DNA of 64,000 bases from an uncultured Acidobacteriota bacterium (GCA_937898755.1 CALEJU010000010.1:515-64514); one strand, 5' to 3'. Counted from the stretch's first letter, positions 53,475 through 64,000 are shown. Translations and numbers: made by a program. The notes: a model not told the origin generated them from the letters alone.

Positions 53475-53645
53475 GTGTCATTTGGACTCTATCTCGGTGG
53501 TTTCGTTGTTCTGATCGTCGGCTTGGCCATTGCCGCCCACATGTTGCATGTGCAGGATCAGTGGATCGCGGTCGGCGTGGTGGTGCTGGTCGGACTGGGT
53601 ATTCTCACCGGCGTCAACCATACACGGCAGCGCGACCCATCCTAG
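53475..53645 (+). CDS. 56-aa two-helix membrane peptide (not in the supplied ORF track)
   Basis: GTG 53475 lies 5 nt after GGAAGGAGG. Translation is MSFGLYLGGFVVLIVGLAIAAHMLHVQDQWIAVGVVVLVGLGILTGVNHTRQRDPS. The listed overlapping ORF 53459..53686 is Arg-rich and implausible. Confidence 0.45.
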   Translation: MSFGLYLGGFVVLIVGLAIAAHMLHVQDQWIAVGVVVLVGLGILTGVNHTRQRDPS

Positions 53646-53692
53646 ACGTCCGGCCGGCGCCTGGCCTCTTTTCCCCGCTAGACTGAGCGGGT

Positions 53693-54283
53693 ATGCGGGT
53701 CATTGCCGGGCGTCTGCGTCGAAGGCCCTTGGCGGCTCCCGCGGGCCTGCGCCTGCGGCCCACCAGCGACGCCCTACGCGAGACGCTGTTCAACATTCTC
53801 GGACCGGAGGTGGCAGGCAGCGTTTTTGTGGATGCCTACGCCGGGACCGGCGCGGTGGGGATCGAGGCGCTCAGCCGCGGCGCTTCCCGCGTGGTGTTCA
53901 TGGAGCGCGACCCGGTGGCGCTGCACGCGCTGCGCTCGAACCTGCGCGATCTCGCGCTGCTCCAGGATCCCGCCGTGCAGGTGCTTGCCCTCGAAGTGGC
54001 GCGCGGATTGCTGAAGCTGAACAGCCATCCCGCGCTGCAGGCCGGCGCGGGATTTATTTTTCTGGACCCTCCCTACGCCGCGGCCACGGAATACGCCCGC
54101 ACCCTGGACGCCTTGGGACGCAACCCCACGCTGATCGGTGCCCATACCCGGGTGATTGTCGAACACGCCGCCCGCGCGCCGCTTGCCTCCGCGTTCGGCG
54201 AGCTGGTCCTCACCCGCACCGTGGAACAGGGCGACAGTTGCCTGAGCTTCTTTGCCCGTCGCGGTGCGGGAGCTGTTCTGTAA
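53693..54283 (+). CDS. rsmD: 16S rRNA (guanine966-N2)-methyltransferase
   Basis: 196 aa with MRVIAGRLRRRPL, RPTSDALRETLFNIL, DAYAGTGAVGIEALSRGA and IFLDPPY. Confidence 0.85.
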   Translation: MRVIAGRLRRRPLAAPAGLRLRPTSDALRETLFNILGPEVAGSVFVDAYAGTGAVGIEALSRGASRVVFMERDPVALHALRSNLRDLALLQDPAVQVLALEVARGLLKLNSHPALQAGAGFIFLDPPYAAATEYARTLDALGRNPTLIGAHTRVIVEHAARAPLASAFGELVLTRTVEQGDSCLSFFARRGAGAVL

Positions 54284-54496
54284 GTGCGCCGCCACTTGCC
54301 GACTTCAAGGCGTACTTGCCGAGGTTCCCGCTCACGGCGGGTGGGGGCGGCCTCCCATGGTTGAAGCGCCGGCGACTGTCAAGCTTTTCGCGAAAAATAT
54401 TCTTCGCGCGCCGAGGCCTTAGACGCGTTGTCTTTTCGTGCGCTTCGCGGTATCAAAGAGCAGGCCGCCAGCGGGACGGCCGGTTTGCTGCGACAC

Positions 54497-54778
54497 ATGG
54501 CCATGGAAGGCGATTCCCAATCTACGACCGCGGTTCCCGATTTCGAGGCGCCGGAACGCGAAGCCGCGTTCTTCTATGGGCTGTTCCTGCGCGGGCATAC
54601 CTACCAGGAATTGCGTCAGGATATCGAGGTGCCGATGGCGGTCATGAAGCAGTGGCAGCGCCACGGGCGACGCGATCCCAACTTTGCCCACCTCGCCGAT
54701 CGCGTCCTGTCCTATCGGCGGCGAGTGCTGGCCATCTTCAAGTCGCTCGTCTCAGCCGACGGCGAAACCGTGCAGTGA
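54497..54778 (+). CDS. Hypothetical small protein
   Basis: I chose the internal ATG 54497 because a TTGTCT-17-TATCAA promoter-like pair (54428..54456) lies inside the longer ORF. There is no clear SD. Confidence 0.35.
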   Translation: MAMEGDSQSTTAVPDFEAPEREAAFFYGLFLRGHTYQELRQDIEVPMAVMKQWQRHGRRDPNFAHLADRVLSYRRRVLAIFKSLVSADGETVQ

Positions 54779-55024
54779 CGCTGGCCCGTAGGCCACGCGG
54801 GGCTTCGACCCGCGGGTCGCCGCCCCCGGACCCGGGTTCTGGCCGACACCCGACCTCGATCTGCGGCACCGACCGTCCGCAGGAACTGCGCTGACCGTTT
54901 CTTGCTTGAGCGCCTGTGCTCTGGGCCCCACGGCAGCCGACTCGGTGGATGCCTCGCAAAGGTCAAGTCGGCGGTTTCACGGCCGCGGGACGTTCGCGTC
55001 GCCCTTGCCATGAAATACCACCTG

Positions 55025-55795
55025 TCACCCGTTCACCAGTTCCGCCAGTTGCCGCAGGTCGTCGAACAGAACATCCGGCCGGGCACTGCGGGGTCGATTT
55101 TTGATTCCGGCTGCAGTGAGTCTCTGGGCGCCAAACCCATAACTGACGCCGCAGGTCCAGGTGCCGGCGTTCTTTCCGGTCGCGATGTCCACCCAGGTGT
55201 CGCCGACCATCAGGGCTTCGCCGGGCGCTGCCGGCGCTTCCTCCAGCAGCCGCTGCAGCCCCAGCGGGTCAGGCTTGCGGGTGGAAAAGCTGTTGCCTCC
55301 GTAAATTGCCGCAAATGTGGTCTCGATTCCCAGGCCCGCCAGGATGGCGCGGCTGATGGCCACCGGCTTATTGGTCAACACCGCCAAGCGGCAACGCGCC
55401 GCGAGGCCCTGCAGCGCCTCCGCAACCCCTGGAAACAGAACGGTCCGATCCAGTTTGTGGGCTTCGTAATGCCGCAGAAACGTGGCTAGCGTGTCCGTCT
55501 GAAGGTGCGCCTCAGGGGTGCCGCCAGTTGCGGCCAGCGCACGTGCGACCAGAGCCGGGGCCCCGTCCCCCACGAAGCCCGCTACTTGTTCCAAGGGCAA
55601 CGCCGGTCGGCCGATGCCTTGTAGTGTGGCGTTCAGGCTGGCGGCCAGATCGTGCTGCGAGTCAATCAGCGTGCCATCGAGATCGAAGACCAGCAGTCGC
55701 AGCGATGGCCAGGGGATGGGGGAGGGAACAGGACGCACCGTTGCATGGTAAACGGAGACGGTCAGCGGTGGACGCGAGCCAGCCCGCGCTGCCAT
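55025..55795 (-). CDS. HAD hydrolase, phosphoglycolate-phosphatase-like
   Basis: LLVFDLDGTLIDS, VLTNK and MVGDTWVDIATGKNAG motifs. The start is uncertain (ATG 55795 chosen; the listed ORF extends to 55972). Confidence 0.7.
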   Translation of the reverse strand: MAARAGSRPPLTVSVYHATVRPVPSPIPWPSLRLLVFDLDGTLIDSQHDLAASLNATLQGIGRPALPLEQVAGFVGDGAPALVARALAATGGTPEAHLQTDTLATFLRHYEAHKLDRTVLFPGVAEALQGLAARCRLAVLTNKPVAISRAILAGLGIETTFAAIYGGNSFSTRKPDPLGLQRLLEEAPAAPGEALMVGDTWVDIATGKNAGTWTCGVSYGFGAQRLTAAGIKNRPRSARPDVLFDDLRQLAELVNG

Positions 55796-56021
55796 CCACC
55801 GTCCACCAGACCTGGGTAGGGAAGCAGCGTCCCGAAGGAACGTCGTGGGCGCAGCACAGATCACGCGTGGCCGTCGCGCCAGCGTCCGTCCGATGTCCGC
55901 CATCATCATGCTTGCGCTATACTGCGAGAGAGCGCATCCCAAGCGGGCATCCTTGGCCAACGGCAGGGGCACGATTGCGGAGCCGGTTCACCAACCGGAC
56001 GACGCGCCTGCGGGAGGATTT

Positions 56022-56234
56022 ATGTTCGAGGGAATTCTTCAACCCACCCATCTGCTGATCATTCTGGCGATTTGTTTGCTGCTCTTCGGGCCGCAGAAGC
56101 TGCCCCAGCTGGGCAAGGGTTTGGGTGAGAGCATCAAGGAGTTCAAGAAGGCGATGAGCGAGGCCACCGGCAACTCTTCGACCCCAACCACTCCGACCAC
56201 GCCGACCACGCCGGTCACCGAAGAAAAAAAGTAG
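56022..56234 (+). CDS. tatA: Twin-arginine translocase subunit TatA/E
   Basis: 70 aa, MFEGILQPTHLLIILAICLLLFGPQKLPQLGKGLGESIKEFKKA. GGGAGGA lies 3 nt upstream. Confidence 0.9.
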   Translation: MFEGILQPTHLLIILAICLLLFGPQKLPQLGKGLGESIKEFKKAMSEATGNSSTPTTPTTPTTPVTEEKK

Positions 56235-56369
56235 CTACTTCAAGCGCTTGAGTTGTCCAGCTCCGCGGTACCAGCTGTAGTCGCTGGGGTTGGGCGAAAA
56301 CCTGAGCGTCGTACGCTACGATTTTCTTACAAAACCGTTAAAATCTGGAGTCAACCCCCGTTTGGGGGC

Positions 56370-56398
56370 TTGACGAACGACTGCGCTCCGGATACAGT
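56370..56398 (+). promoter_or_regulatory. Sigma-70-type promoter of groESL
   Basis: TTGACG, a 17-nt spacer, then TACAGT. The -10 element abuts the CIRCE operator. Confidence 0.55.
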
Positions 56399-56424
56399 TA
56401 GCAGTCGAAGGGCGCGAGTGCTAA
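56398..56424 (+). promoter_or_regulatory. CIRCE operator (HrcA binding site)
   Basis: TTAGCAGTC-N9-GAGTGCTAA has one mismatch to the consensus TTAGCACTC-N9-GAGTGCTAA. It lies 130 nt upstream of groES. Confidence 0.85.
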
Positions 56425-56553
56425 AACGACCGCCTCTCAACCGAGTGAGCCCCTCGTTTTTGGGGAAACCACACGGGTTTCCGGCCGCCTCCGGGCGGGC
56501 CGCGAACGGGACCAATGGCTCGCCCAAAGTTTAGTCGGCAAGGAGAAGAAGCA

Positions 56554-56868
56554 ATGGTGAACGTACGACCCCTGCACGATCGCTTGATCGTCAAGCGCGT
56601 GGAAGAAGCTGAGACGAAGCGTGGCGGGATTATCATCCCTGACAGCGCCAAGGAAAAGCCGCAAGAGGGCGAAGTGGTGGCCGTCGGCAAGGGCAAAGTG
56701 ACGGAAGACGGCAAAGTGCTGCCCTTGGACGTCGCCGCCGGTGATCGCATCCTGTTCGGCAAGTACTCCGGCAACGAGATCAAGCTGGACGGCGAGGAGT
56801 TTCTCATCCTGCGCGAAGAGGAAGTCCTCGGCGTGCTGACCAACGGCTCCAAAGCGGCCAAGAAGTAA
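56554..56868 (+). CDS. groES: Co-chaperonin GroES
   Basis: Start at ATG 56554, after AGGAG. Sequence [18 protein letters not shown]...[16 protein letters not shown]. Confidence 0.95.
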   Translation: MVNVRPLHDRLIVKRVEEAETKRGGIIIPDSAKEKPQEGEVVAVGKGKVTEDGKVLPLDVAAGDRILFGKYSGNEIKLDGEEFLILREEEVLGVLTNGSKAAKK

Positions 56869-58560
<1,692 letters not shown>

Positions 58561-58580
58561 TCGCGGCTCAACACCGCATC

Positions 58581-58616
58581 AAAAAAGGCCCCGCGCAAGC
58601 GGGGCCTTTTGTTTTT
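58581..58616 (+). terminator. Rho-independent terminator of groESL
   Basis: AAAAAA-GGCCCCGC-GCAA-GCGGGGCC-TTTTGTTTTT. Confidence 0.85.
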
Positions 58617-58626
58617 GGAAAACGAC

Positions 58627-58845
58627 TTTGGTTGTTAGTTGTTGGTTGTTAGTTGTTTGCTTCCAACAACCAAAATCCAAAATCATCGGAGGGCAAAAAC
58701 AGGAACTGATTTTAGATTTTAGTTGTTTGCTTCCAACAACCAACAACCAACATCCAAAATCTTTTCAGGCCGGACATCGGAGCCGATTTTAGTTGTTGGT
58801 TGTTAGTTGTTTGCAACCAACAACCAACAACCAACAACCAAAATC
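58627..58845. repeat. Array of three GTTGTT/AACAAC hairpin units
   Basis: Units lie at about 58627-58684, 58709-58762 and 58786-58845. A 25-bp core TTAGTTGTTTGCTTCCAACAACCAA is repeated exactly at 58649 and 58719. Confidence 0.8.
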
Positions 58846-58865
58846 GCTCATCCAACATCGCTTCT

Positions 58866-59141
58866 TCATCCTGCCGCGGCGCGCCGCATGGCGACCGCCC
58901 GCCGCGCCAAGCTGCGCGCCGCCTGGTTGGGGCGATAGTCCAGCTGTGAGGCGGTCCGTAAAATGCGCGTTATGGTTTCGGGCGCAACCAGGGCCCGATT
59001 ACCGTTCAACGTGCGGGAGACGGTGGCCTTGGACACCCCGCAGAGTTTCGCGATGGACTGCAGGGTGGCCGGCGGGGAGCCCGCACCCAAGGTTCGGGGT
59101 ACTTGACGCCGCGATTGCGGAAGCACGCGCTTCTGTGGCAT
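58866..59141 (-). CDS. Stand-alone LacI-family HTH domain (likely truncated remnant of a LacI regulator)
   Basis: ATLQSIAKLCGVSKATVSRTLNGNRALVAPETITRILRTASQLDYRPNQAARSLARR is a complete LacI HTH. The ORF stops 10 aa later, with no sugar-binding core. Confidence 0.55.
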   Translation of the reverse strand: MPQKRVLPQSRRQVPRTLGAGSPPATLQSIAKLCGVSKATVSRTLNGNRALVAPETITRILRTASQLDYRPNQAARSLARRAVAMRRAAAG

Positions 59142-59274
59142 GCCCTCTGATACGTCAGCGGCTGTTTTCGGTTGCGGGGGCGGGCCCGCCAAATGTTAAG
59201 AGTTTGTAAAATGACGGCGGCGCCCAAGGGGAGTACCGGGATGGAGCGCCCAGGCGTCTTCGACGCGCCCGCGT

Positions 59275-60510
59275 CTACGCCTGCGCTTCGCGACGTTCCG
59301 TGCCTCCGAGGTTCGGTAGAAACCCGGCCAGCAGCCCCATCAGCGGAAGATAACCGCAGACTTTGAAGACGTGCTCGATGCTGGTGTGGTCGGCGAGCAC
59401 GCCCAGCGCGGCCGACGCGAGCCCGCTGACGCCGAAGGCGAAGCCAAAGAACAGGCCCGCCACCGTGCCCACTTTCCCGGGGATCAGTTCCTGCGCGAAG
59501 ACCAGAATGGCGGAGAAGGCCGAGGCGAGGATGACGCCGACCAGGACGGTGAACACCGCCGTCCAGAACAGGCCCACGTGCGGGAGGGCCAGAGAAAATG
59601 GAGCCACCCCGAGGATGGAGACCCAGATCACGATCTTGCGTCCAAACCGGTCACCTAGTGGGCCGCCGGCGAACGTTCCCGCCGCCACCGCGAACAGAAA
59701 AATGAACAGGTAGATCTGCGATGTCTGGACCGACACGTGGAATTTGCTGATCAAGTAAAACGTGTAGTAGTTGGTCAGGCTGACCAGATAAAAGTATTTC
59801 GAGATGACCAGCAGAATCAGAATCGTCATCGAGAAGGTCACGTGAGCGGAGGGCCCTGCCCGCCCCGCGGCGCGGTGCTTGGCGCGGACCTGTGCCCGGT
59901 ATTGCGCGATGTTGGCGTGGTACCAGAAGCCCACCCGGACAAGGACAAAAATTCCGACAAACGCCAGAATTGAAAACAGCGCAATCGAAGACTGCCCATG
60001 GGGCACGATGATCCACGCCGCCAGCAGCGGTCCCAGCGAGCTGCCGAGGTTGCCGCCCACCTGGAACAGCGACTGCGCCAGACCGTGCTTCCCGCCGGAC
60101 GCCATGTGCGCCAGGCGTGAGGCTTCCGGATGAAACACCGAGGAGCCCAGGCCCACCAGTGCGGCGGAAACAAGGATGGCCCTCAGGTTGCCCGCCCGCG
60201 ACAGCAGCAACAACCCGAGCAGGGTGAAGCTCATGCCGACCGCCAGCGAGTACGGCTTGGGGCGGCGATCCGTGTAGGTGCCGACCACCGGCTGCAGGAG
60301 CGACGCCGTGAGCTGGAACGTGAGCGTGATCAGGCCGATCTGGGTGAAATCCAGATGGAACGAGGTCTTCAGGACGGGGTAGATGGCCGGAATCAGTGAC
60401 TGGATCGTGTCATTCAGCAAGTGCGAGAAGGAGAGCGCAAAAAGCACGCTCATCGTCGTCCGCTCGACCAGATGGCGGCCGGCTAAGAGTTCGGTCGGGT
60501 TTTGCGTCAT
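59275..60510 (-). CDS. MFS transporter (Fsr/fosmidomycin-resistance-like subfamily by eye)
   Basis: 411 aa, about 12 TM helices. N-terminal FSHLLNDTIQSLIPAIYPVLK and GTYTDRR loop. Confidence 0.8.
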   Translation of the reverse strand: MTQNPTELLAGRHLVERTTMSVLFALSFSHLLNDTIQSLIPAIYPVLKTSFHLDFTQIGLITLTFQLTASLLQPVVGTYTDRRPKPYSLAVGMSFTLLGLLLLSRAGNLRAILVSAALVGLGSSVFHPEASRLAHMASGGKHGLAQSLFQVGGNLGSSLGPLLAAWIIVPHGQSSIALFSILAFVGIFVLVRVGFWYHANIAQYRAQVRAKHRAAGRAGPSAHVTFSMTILILLVISKYFYLVSLTNYYTFYLISKFHVSVQTSQIYLFIFLFAVAAGTFAGGPLGDRFGRKIVIWVSILGVAPFSLALPHVGLFWTAVFTVLVGVILASAFSAILVFAQELIPGKVGTVAGLFFGFAFGVSGLASAALGVLADHTSIEHVFKVCGYLPLMGLLAGFLPNLGGTERREAQA

Positions 60511-60851
60511 CGTTCTTCTTCGTGCTGCGCAATCATCCTATCGAAGTCGCGATGAAGTCATGTTCCGAGTTGTGCCGGGACGACGTGGAAGAACTGGAAC
60601 TCGCGTGGCCGTCCCGCAGGCGTATCTGGCAGGAGCGCGCCTCTTGACGTACGCCTGTGACGATGATTCGGTGCTGACGTCGTTGCGTATGAATCGGTCT
60701 CCCCAACTCCCCCGTGGCTGCGCTCCCACAGTGTGGGGAACCCCCCACGCTTCGCCTTGGAAGCTGAGCGGCTAAATAGCTGTTATTGCAACGACTTGCG
60801 CTTTGGTCCCCGGGTTGCGTTGTGAAAGGCGTGGTTGCAAGGAGACTCGCC

Positions 60852-61448
60852 ATGAACCGACCCGCACTCGAACGCCCGACTCCGGCCCTGGTGCCCAGCT
60901 TCTGTCTCGTTCTGGCCTTGGCGGCGATCGTCGTCAACGCCTGCGCGCAAGCGCCGCGTCCGCGGACGTTGCCCATGGCGCTGCCAGCGCGCCCGGCGCG
61001 TCGCGTCGTGATCAGCCTTCCCGATCGCAAGCTGGCCGTGATCGAGAATGGACGCATCCTGGACTCCTTTCACGTGGCGGTGGGCGCGCGTGTCACTCCC
61101 AGCCCGACTGGCACGTTTGTCATCGTCAACCACCTCGACGCCCCGAACTACTACCACCACGGCAAAGTGATTCACCCCGGCGCGCACAGCCCCATCGGCA
61201 CGCGCTGGATGGGACTGAGCAAGAAGTCCTACGGCATCCACGGGACCGACGCGCCGCGTTCCATCGGGCATGCCGCTTCGCATGGCTGCATCCGCCTGCG
61301 CAACCAGGATGTCCAGCGCCTCTTCACCGAGCTTGCGGTCGGCGATACGGTTGAGATTCACGGTGAGCGTGATGCCGCCGTCCTGGGAGTGTTCCAACCG
61401 ACCACCCTGACTGCCGTTTCCAACGCCGCGGTCGCGGGCGGGCAGTAA
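60852..61448 (+). CDS. L,D-transpeptidase (YkuD domain)
   Basis: Start at ATG 60852, after AAGGAGA, with a signal peptide. Catalytic block YGIHGTDAPRSIGHAASHGCIRLRNQDV. Confidence 0.9.
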   Translation: MNRPALERPTPALVPSFCLVLALAAIVVNACAQAPRPRTLPMALPARPARRVVISLPDRKLAVIENGRILDSFHVAVGARVTPSPTGTFVIVNHLDAPNYYHHGKVIHPGAHSPIGTRWMGLSKKSYGIHGTDAPRSIGHAASHGCIRLRNQDVQRLFTELAVGDTVEIHGERDAAVLGVFQPTTLTAVSNAAVAGGQ

Positions 61449-61595
61449 ATACGGTTGACGGTTTATGGATTGTCGGTTGCGGGGCAACCAGGCGCTGGCG
61501 GCCAGTGGGGTCGGAAAGCGGGGAGGTCGGAGGAGGTGGGCGACGCGCCAGCGTCGCCCTTGTTATACTTCCGCAATCTTGTCGGTAACTCCCTG

Positions 61596-62927
61596 ATGCG
61601 GACTGTGGCACGACTCTTTCTGTTCCTAGCTTCACTCAGTCTGACCTTACGGGCACAGGCTCCTTGCGCAGGGTTCTGTCCGGGCCCGGCGGTCACGCAA
61701 CTGGTGGACCGACTCCTGGCTGAGGTGGGTCCGCAACAAATCTGGCAGTTGACCTTCTCCAATCTTTCCAGCCATGACGCCCGCGACGTGGCAAGGCTCC
61801 GCCAGGCCGTCGAGACGGAGCTGCAACGTCGCCGGATCGTCCTGCCGCCCGATACCGCCACGACGGGTCCGACGCTGATGGTCCCGGTCACTCTCAGCGA
61901 GGACGCGACCGAGGACTTGTTGGTGGCGGCGCCGCAGGCGCTACTTCCCACTCCCCATGTCCTGCCGCCGGTGGTGGTGTCGTGGCCGCGCGGCACGCCG
62001 CCCGCCGATCTCCCGACAGTCGAACTGCTCGTGACCCCGCTGGTGGCACAGGCCGCGCCGCTCCTGGACGCCGTCGTGGCAGGAGATCTTTTATTGCTGC
62101 TTGAGGCCGATCACGTTCGCTTTCTCCGCAGGGATGCCACCGGCCAGTGGCAGGAACAGCAATCCTGGGATATCGGGACCGGGGTCGCCCCGGCACGTGA
62201 CCCGCGCGGTCGCCTGGAATGGCAGAGCGGCACGCAGTTTCGAGCTTGGATCAACGACACGGTCTGCGCTGGGGATGTCGGGCTTGCGGCGCCCCCCGAG
62301 GCACCCGCCGGGATGGCTCCGGCGGGGCCGCGACCCACGGGCGCGCCCGGGGGCGAAGCTCCCGCGGGGCCGATGCGCCGGCATCTGCAGTGTCAGTTGG
62401 CCGCCGGCTGGCCCGCCCCTACGCCCGCTGGAGAAATCGGCCCCCTGCGGCTGCCGCGCGGTGAAAACGCCTTCTCCGCCGCGGGTCTTCCCATCCCTTT
62501 CTACAACCTGGCGTCGCTTCCCGGAAATCCACCGGCCTGGTTTTTTACCGGCGAGGATGGGGGCCTCCACTGGACGCGACCAACGGCAGCGGGTGTGCTT
62601 GCCGACCGAGGAGGCCGCATCGCGGGGACGTGGGGAAGTGAAGTGGCGGCGCTGCCCGCCTGTGACGCCGCCAGCGCGTTGCTGCTGACGGGATCGGGCG
62701 ATACCGCCGCGCCCGACTGGCTGCAGGCCTACCATGCCGAGCCGCCGCGCCTGCAGGCCATCAGCCCGAGGATGCAGCTTCCTGGGCCGATCACCACGTT
62801 GTGGTCCGATGGCAGCACGGCCCGCGCCATTGTCCACAACGTGACAACGCATCTCTACGAGGCCTATCAGGTGCGTTTGGTCTGCCTGCAAACGCCGCCC
62901 CCGGCTGGAGGCATGGGTGCGCACTAG
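61596..62927 (+). CDS. Secreted hypothetical protein
   Basis: Start at ATG 61596 (MRTVARLFLFLASLSLTLRAQA), giving 443 aa. No motif recognised. Confidence 0.55.
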   Translation: MRTVARLFLFLASLSLTLRAQAPCAGFCPGPAVTQLVDRLLAEVGPQQIWQLTFSNLSSHDARDVARLRQAVETELQRRRIVLPPDTATTGPTLMVPVTLSEDATEDLLVAAPQALLPTPHVLPPVVVSWPRGTPPADLPTVELLVTPLVAQAAPLLDAVVAGDLLLLLEADHVRFLRRDATGQWQEQQSWDIGTGVAPARDPRGRLEWQSGTQFRAWINDTVCAGDVGLAAPPEAPAGMAPAGPRPTGAPGGEAPAGPMRRHLQCQLAAGWPAPTPAGEIGPLRLPRGENAFSAAGLPIPFYNLASLPGNPPAWFFTGEDGGLHWTRPTAAGVLADRGGRIAGTWGSEVAALPACDAASALLLTGSGDTAAPDWLQAYHAEPPRLQAISPRMQLPGPITTLWSDGSTARAIVHNVTTHLYEAYQVRLVCLQTPPPAGGMGAH

Positions 62928-64000
62928 CCCCCTGGCCACGCTGAGTCGTGTCGCAGACCTTCTGACGGGCCGCCTCCGCAGCTTCGTTGCGCTGTCCCTC
63001 CTGCTGGGCTGTTCGCTGGCTGCGGCCACGCGCCCGCACTTTGGGGGAAGGCTCCGCGTCGAGTACCAGGCGGCCCCGGTCTCGTTGGACCCCTCCGACG
63101 CCGACCCCTTCACCGCCGAGGCGGCGGTGGTGGACGACACCGCGCGGCTCCTGTTCGATCGTCTGGTGGTGATTGACGCTGCGGGCCGGCCGCAGCCTGC
63201 CTTGGCGCGGGCGTGGGACGTGGACGCCGCCGGCCGCGAGTGGCAGTTCCATCTGCGCCCAGGCGTGCGCCTGTCGGACGGCGGTCTACTAACGCCTCCG
63301 GAAGTGACGGCGTCGCTCAGCCGGACGCTGCTGCTGGCCTTCCCGGATGCGACCGTTGACGCGACCCGCGATGGCGTGCGCGTCGTGCTGTCTTCGCCGC
63401 GGCCGGACCTGCTTTGGGAGCTGGGGCGGCTGCGCCAGTCCATCGTGTTGCCGGGGCCGGCCGGCAGGTGGCGGGGGACGGGCCCGTTTGCACTCACGGA
63501 CTGGCAAGTGGGTCGGCACATGGCGTTGGCGGCGAATCAGCATTACTGGGGCGGGCGTCCCTATCTCGATGGGCTCGACATCCGCCTCGGAGTACCCGCG
63601 CGCGAGCAGACGACGGATCTCGCCTTGGACCGGGCCGATCGCATCGAAATTCCCGTCGAGGAGATCCGCGCCGCGCAGCAACGCGGGTTGCAGGTCCTGA
63701 TCAGTGGTCCGCGGGAGCTGGTTGCACTGCTGCTGGTGGCCGGGCGGCCGGCCACGGAATCGGATGCCGTGCGGGCGGCCCTGGTCCACAGCCTCGATCG
63801 CAACGCGCTGTGGGCCTCACTGGCCCAGCGCGAGGGAGCGCCGGCCGCGGGGTTGCTGCCCCAGTGGATGAGCGGTACCGCCTTTTTGTTTACCAACGAC
63901 GTTGCGACGGGCGGTCAAGGCGGGCAGATAACTGCGGCTTCACCGGTGAACTCGGCATCGGTCCCGGTGGTTCTGGCCTATGACCGGTCTGATCCGTTGA
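62917..64000 (+). CDS. ABC-transporter substrate-binding protein, family 5 (peptide/nickel type), 3' end outside window
   Basis: Not in the ORF track because it is open-ended. GTG 62917 lies 6 nt after GGAG, and frame 1 stays open to nt 64000. Lipoprotein-like LLLGCS; GTGPFALTDWQVGRHMALAANQHYWGGRPYLDGLDIRL. Confidence 0.8.
   Translation, partial: MRTSPLATLSRVADLLTGRLRSFVALSLLLGCSLAAATRPHFGGRLRVEYQAAPVSLDPSDADPFTAEAAVVDDTARLLFDRLVVIDAAGRPQPALARAWDVDAAGREWQFHLRPGVRLSDGGLLTPPEVTASLSRTLLLAFPDATVDATRDGVRVVLSSPRPDLLWELGRLRQSIVLPGPAGRWRGTGPFALTDWQVGRHMALAANQHYWGGRPYLDGLDIRLGVPAREQTTDLALDRADRIEIPVEEIRAAQQRGLQVLISGPRELVALLLVAGRPATESDAVRAALVHSLDRNALWASLAQREGAPAAGLLPQWMSGTAFLFTNDVATGGQGGQITAASPVNSASVPVVLAYDRSDPL

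Noticed and set aside
53530-54894. A 454-aa ORF spanning rsmD
   Set aside because: The translation is Arg/Pro/Gly-rich and out of frame with the well-supported rsmD gene (53693..54283).
58627-58845. A repeat-spacer-repeat layout that could be mistaken for a small CRISPR array
   Set aside because: The units are imperfect, self-complementary, low-complexity hairpins of unequal length. The same words occur singly at other intergenic sites, and no cas genes or leader are present.
60511-60851. A possible structured leader or riboswitch (c-di-AMP/ydaO-like fragments such as GAAUCGG and GGGGAACCCC) upstream of the L,D-transpeptidase
   Set aside because: The resemblance is limited to a few short words, and the conserved GGGGUGAAUC and ACCCG...CAGCUAA blocks are not present. 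A 341-bp divergent promoter region between the MFS and transpeptidase genes needs no special explanation.

Overview
High-GC bacterial chromosomal segment. Gene content and protein styles suggest an Acidobacteriota-like organism; this is inference, since no search was possible. I support about 50 protein genes, one tRNA-Leu(CAA), a CIRCE-regulated groESL operon, several terminators and a dispersed family of GTTGTT/AACAAC hairpin repeats. Most long ORFs in the six-frame track are antisense or out-of-frame shadows typical of high-GC DNA, and I did not call them. Housekeeping genes include groES/groEL, tatA, rsmD, ispH, tkt, trmO, an EF-G2-like paralog, an acyl-CoA dehydrogenase and a fumarylacetoacetase-family (FAH) hydrolase. 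Accessory or envelope content: a TAT-exported three-subunit molybdo-flavo-iron-sulfur oxidoreductase followed by small Cys-rich and secreted proteins; a five-gene efflux operon with three tandem HlyD-type adaptors, an FtsX/MacB-type permease and TolC but no ATPase; two large secreted zinc peptidases; and a mucin-like Ser/Thr/Pro protein with a C-terminal sorting signal. The most unusual locus is 35.6-49.2 kb. It is a same-strand module of an outer-membrane beta-barrel, a CHASE2-sensor class III adenylate cyclase, a giant (~2,850 aa) FecR/PKD/CARDB repeat protein, and a small secreted protein that looks like a paralog of one internal module of the giant. I propose it as a candidate surface-sensing, cAMP-producing envelope system. 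All domain calls come from motifs read by eye and need HMM or structure confirmation.
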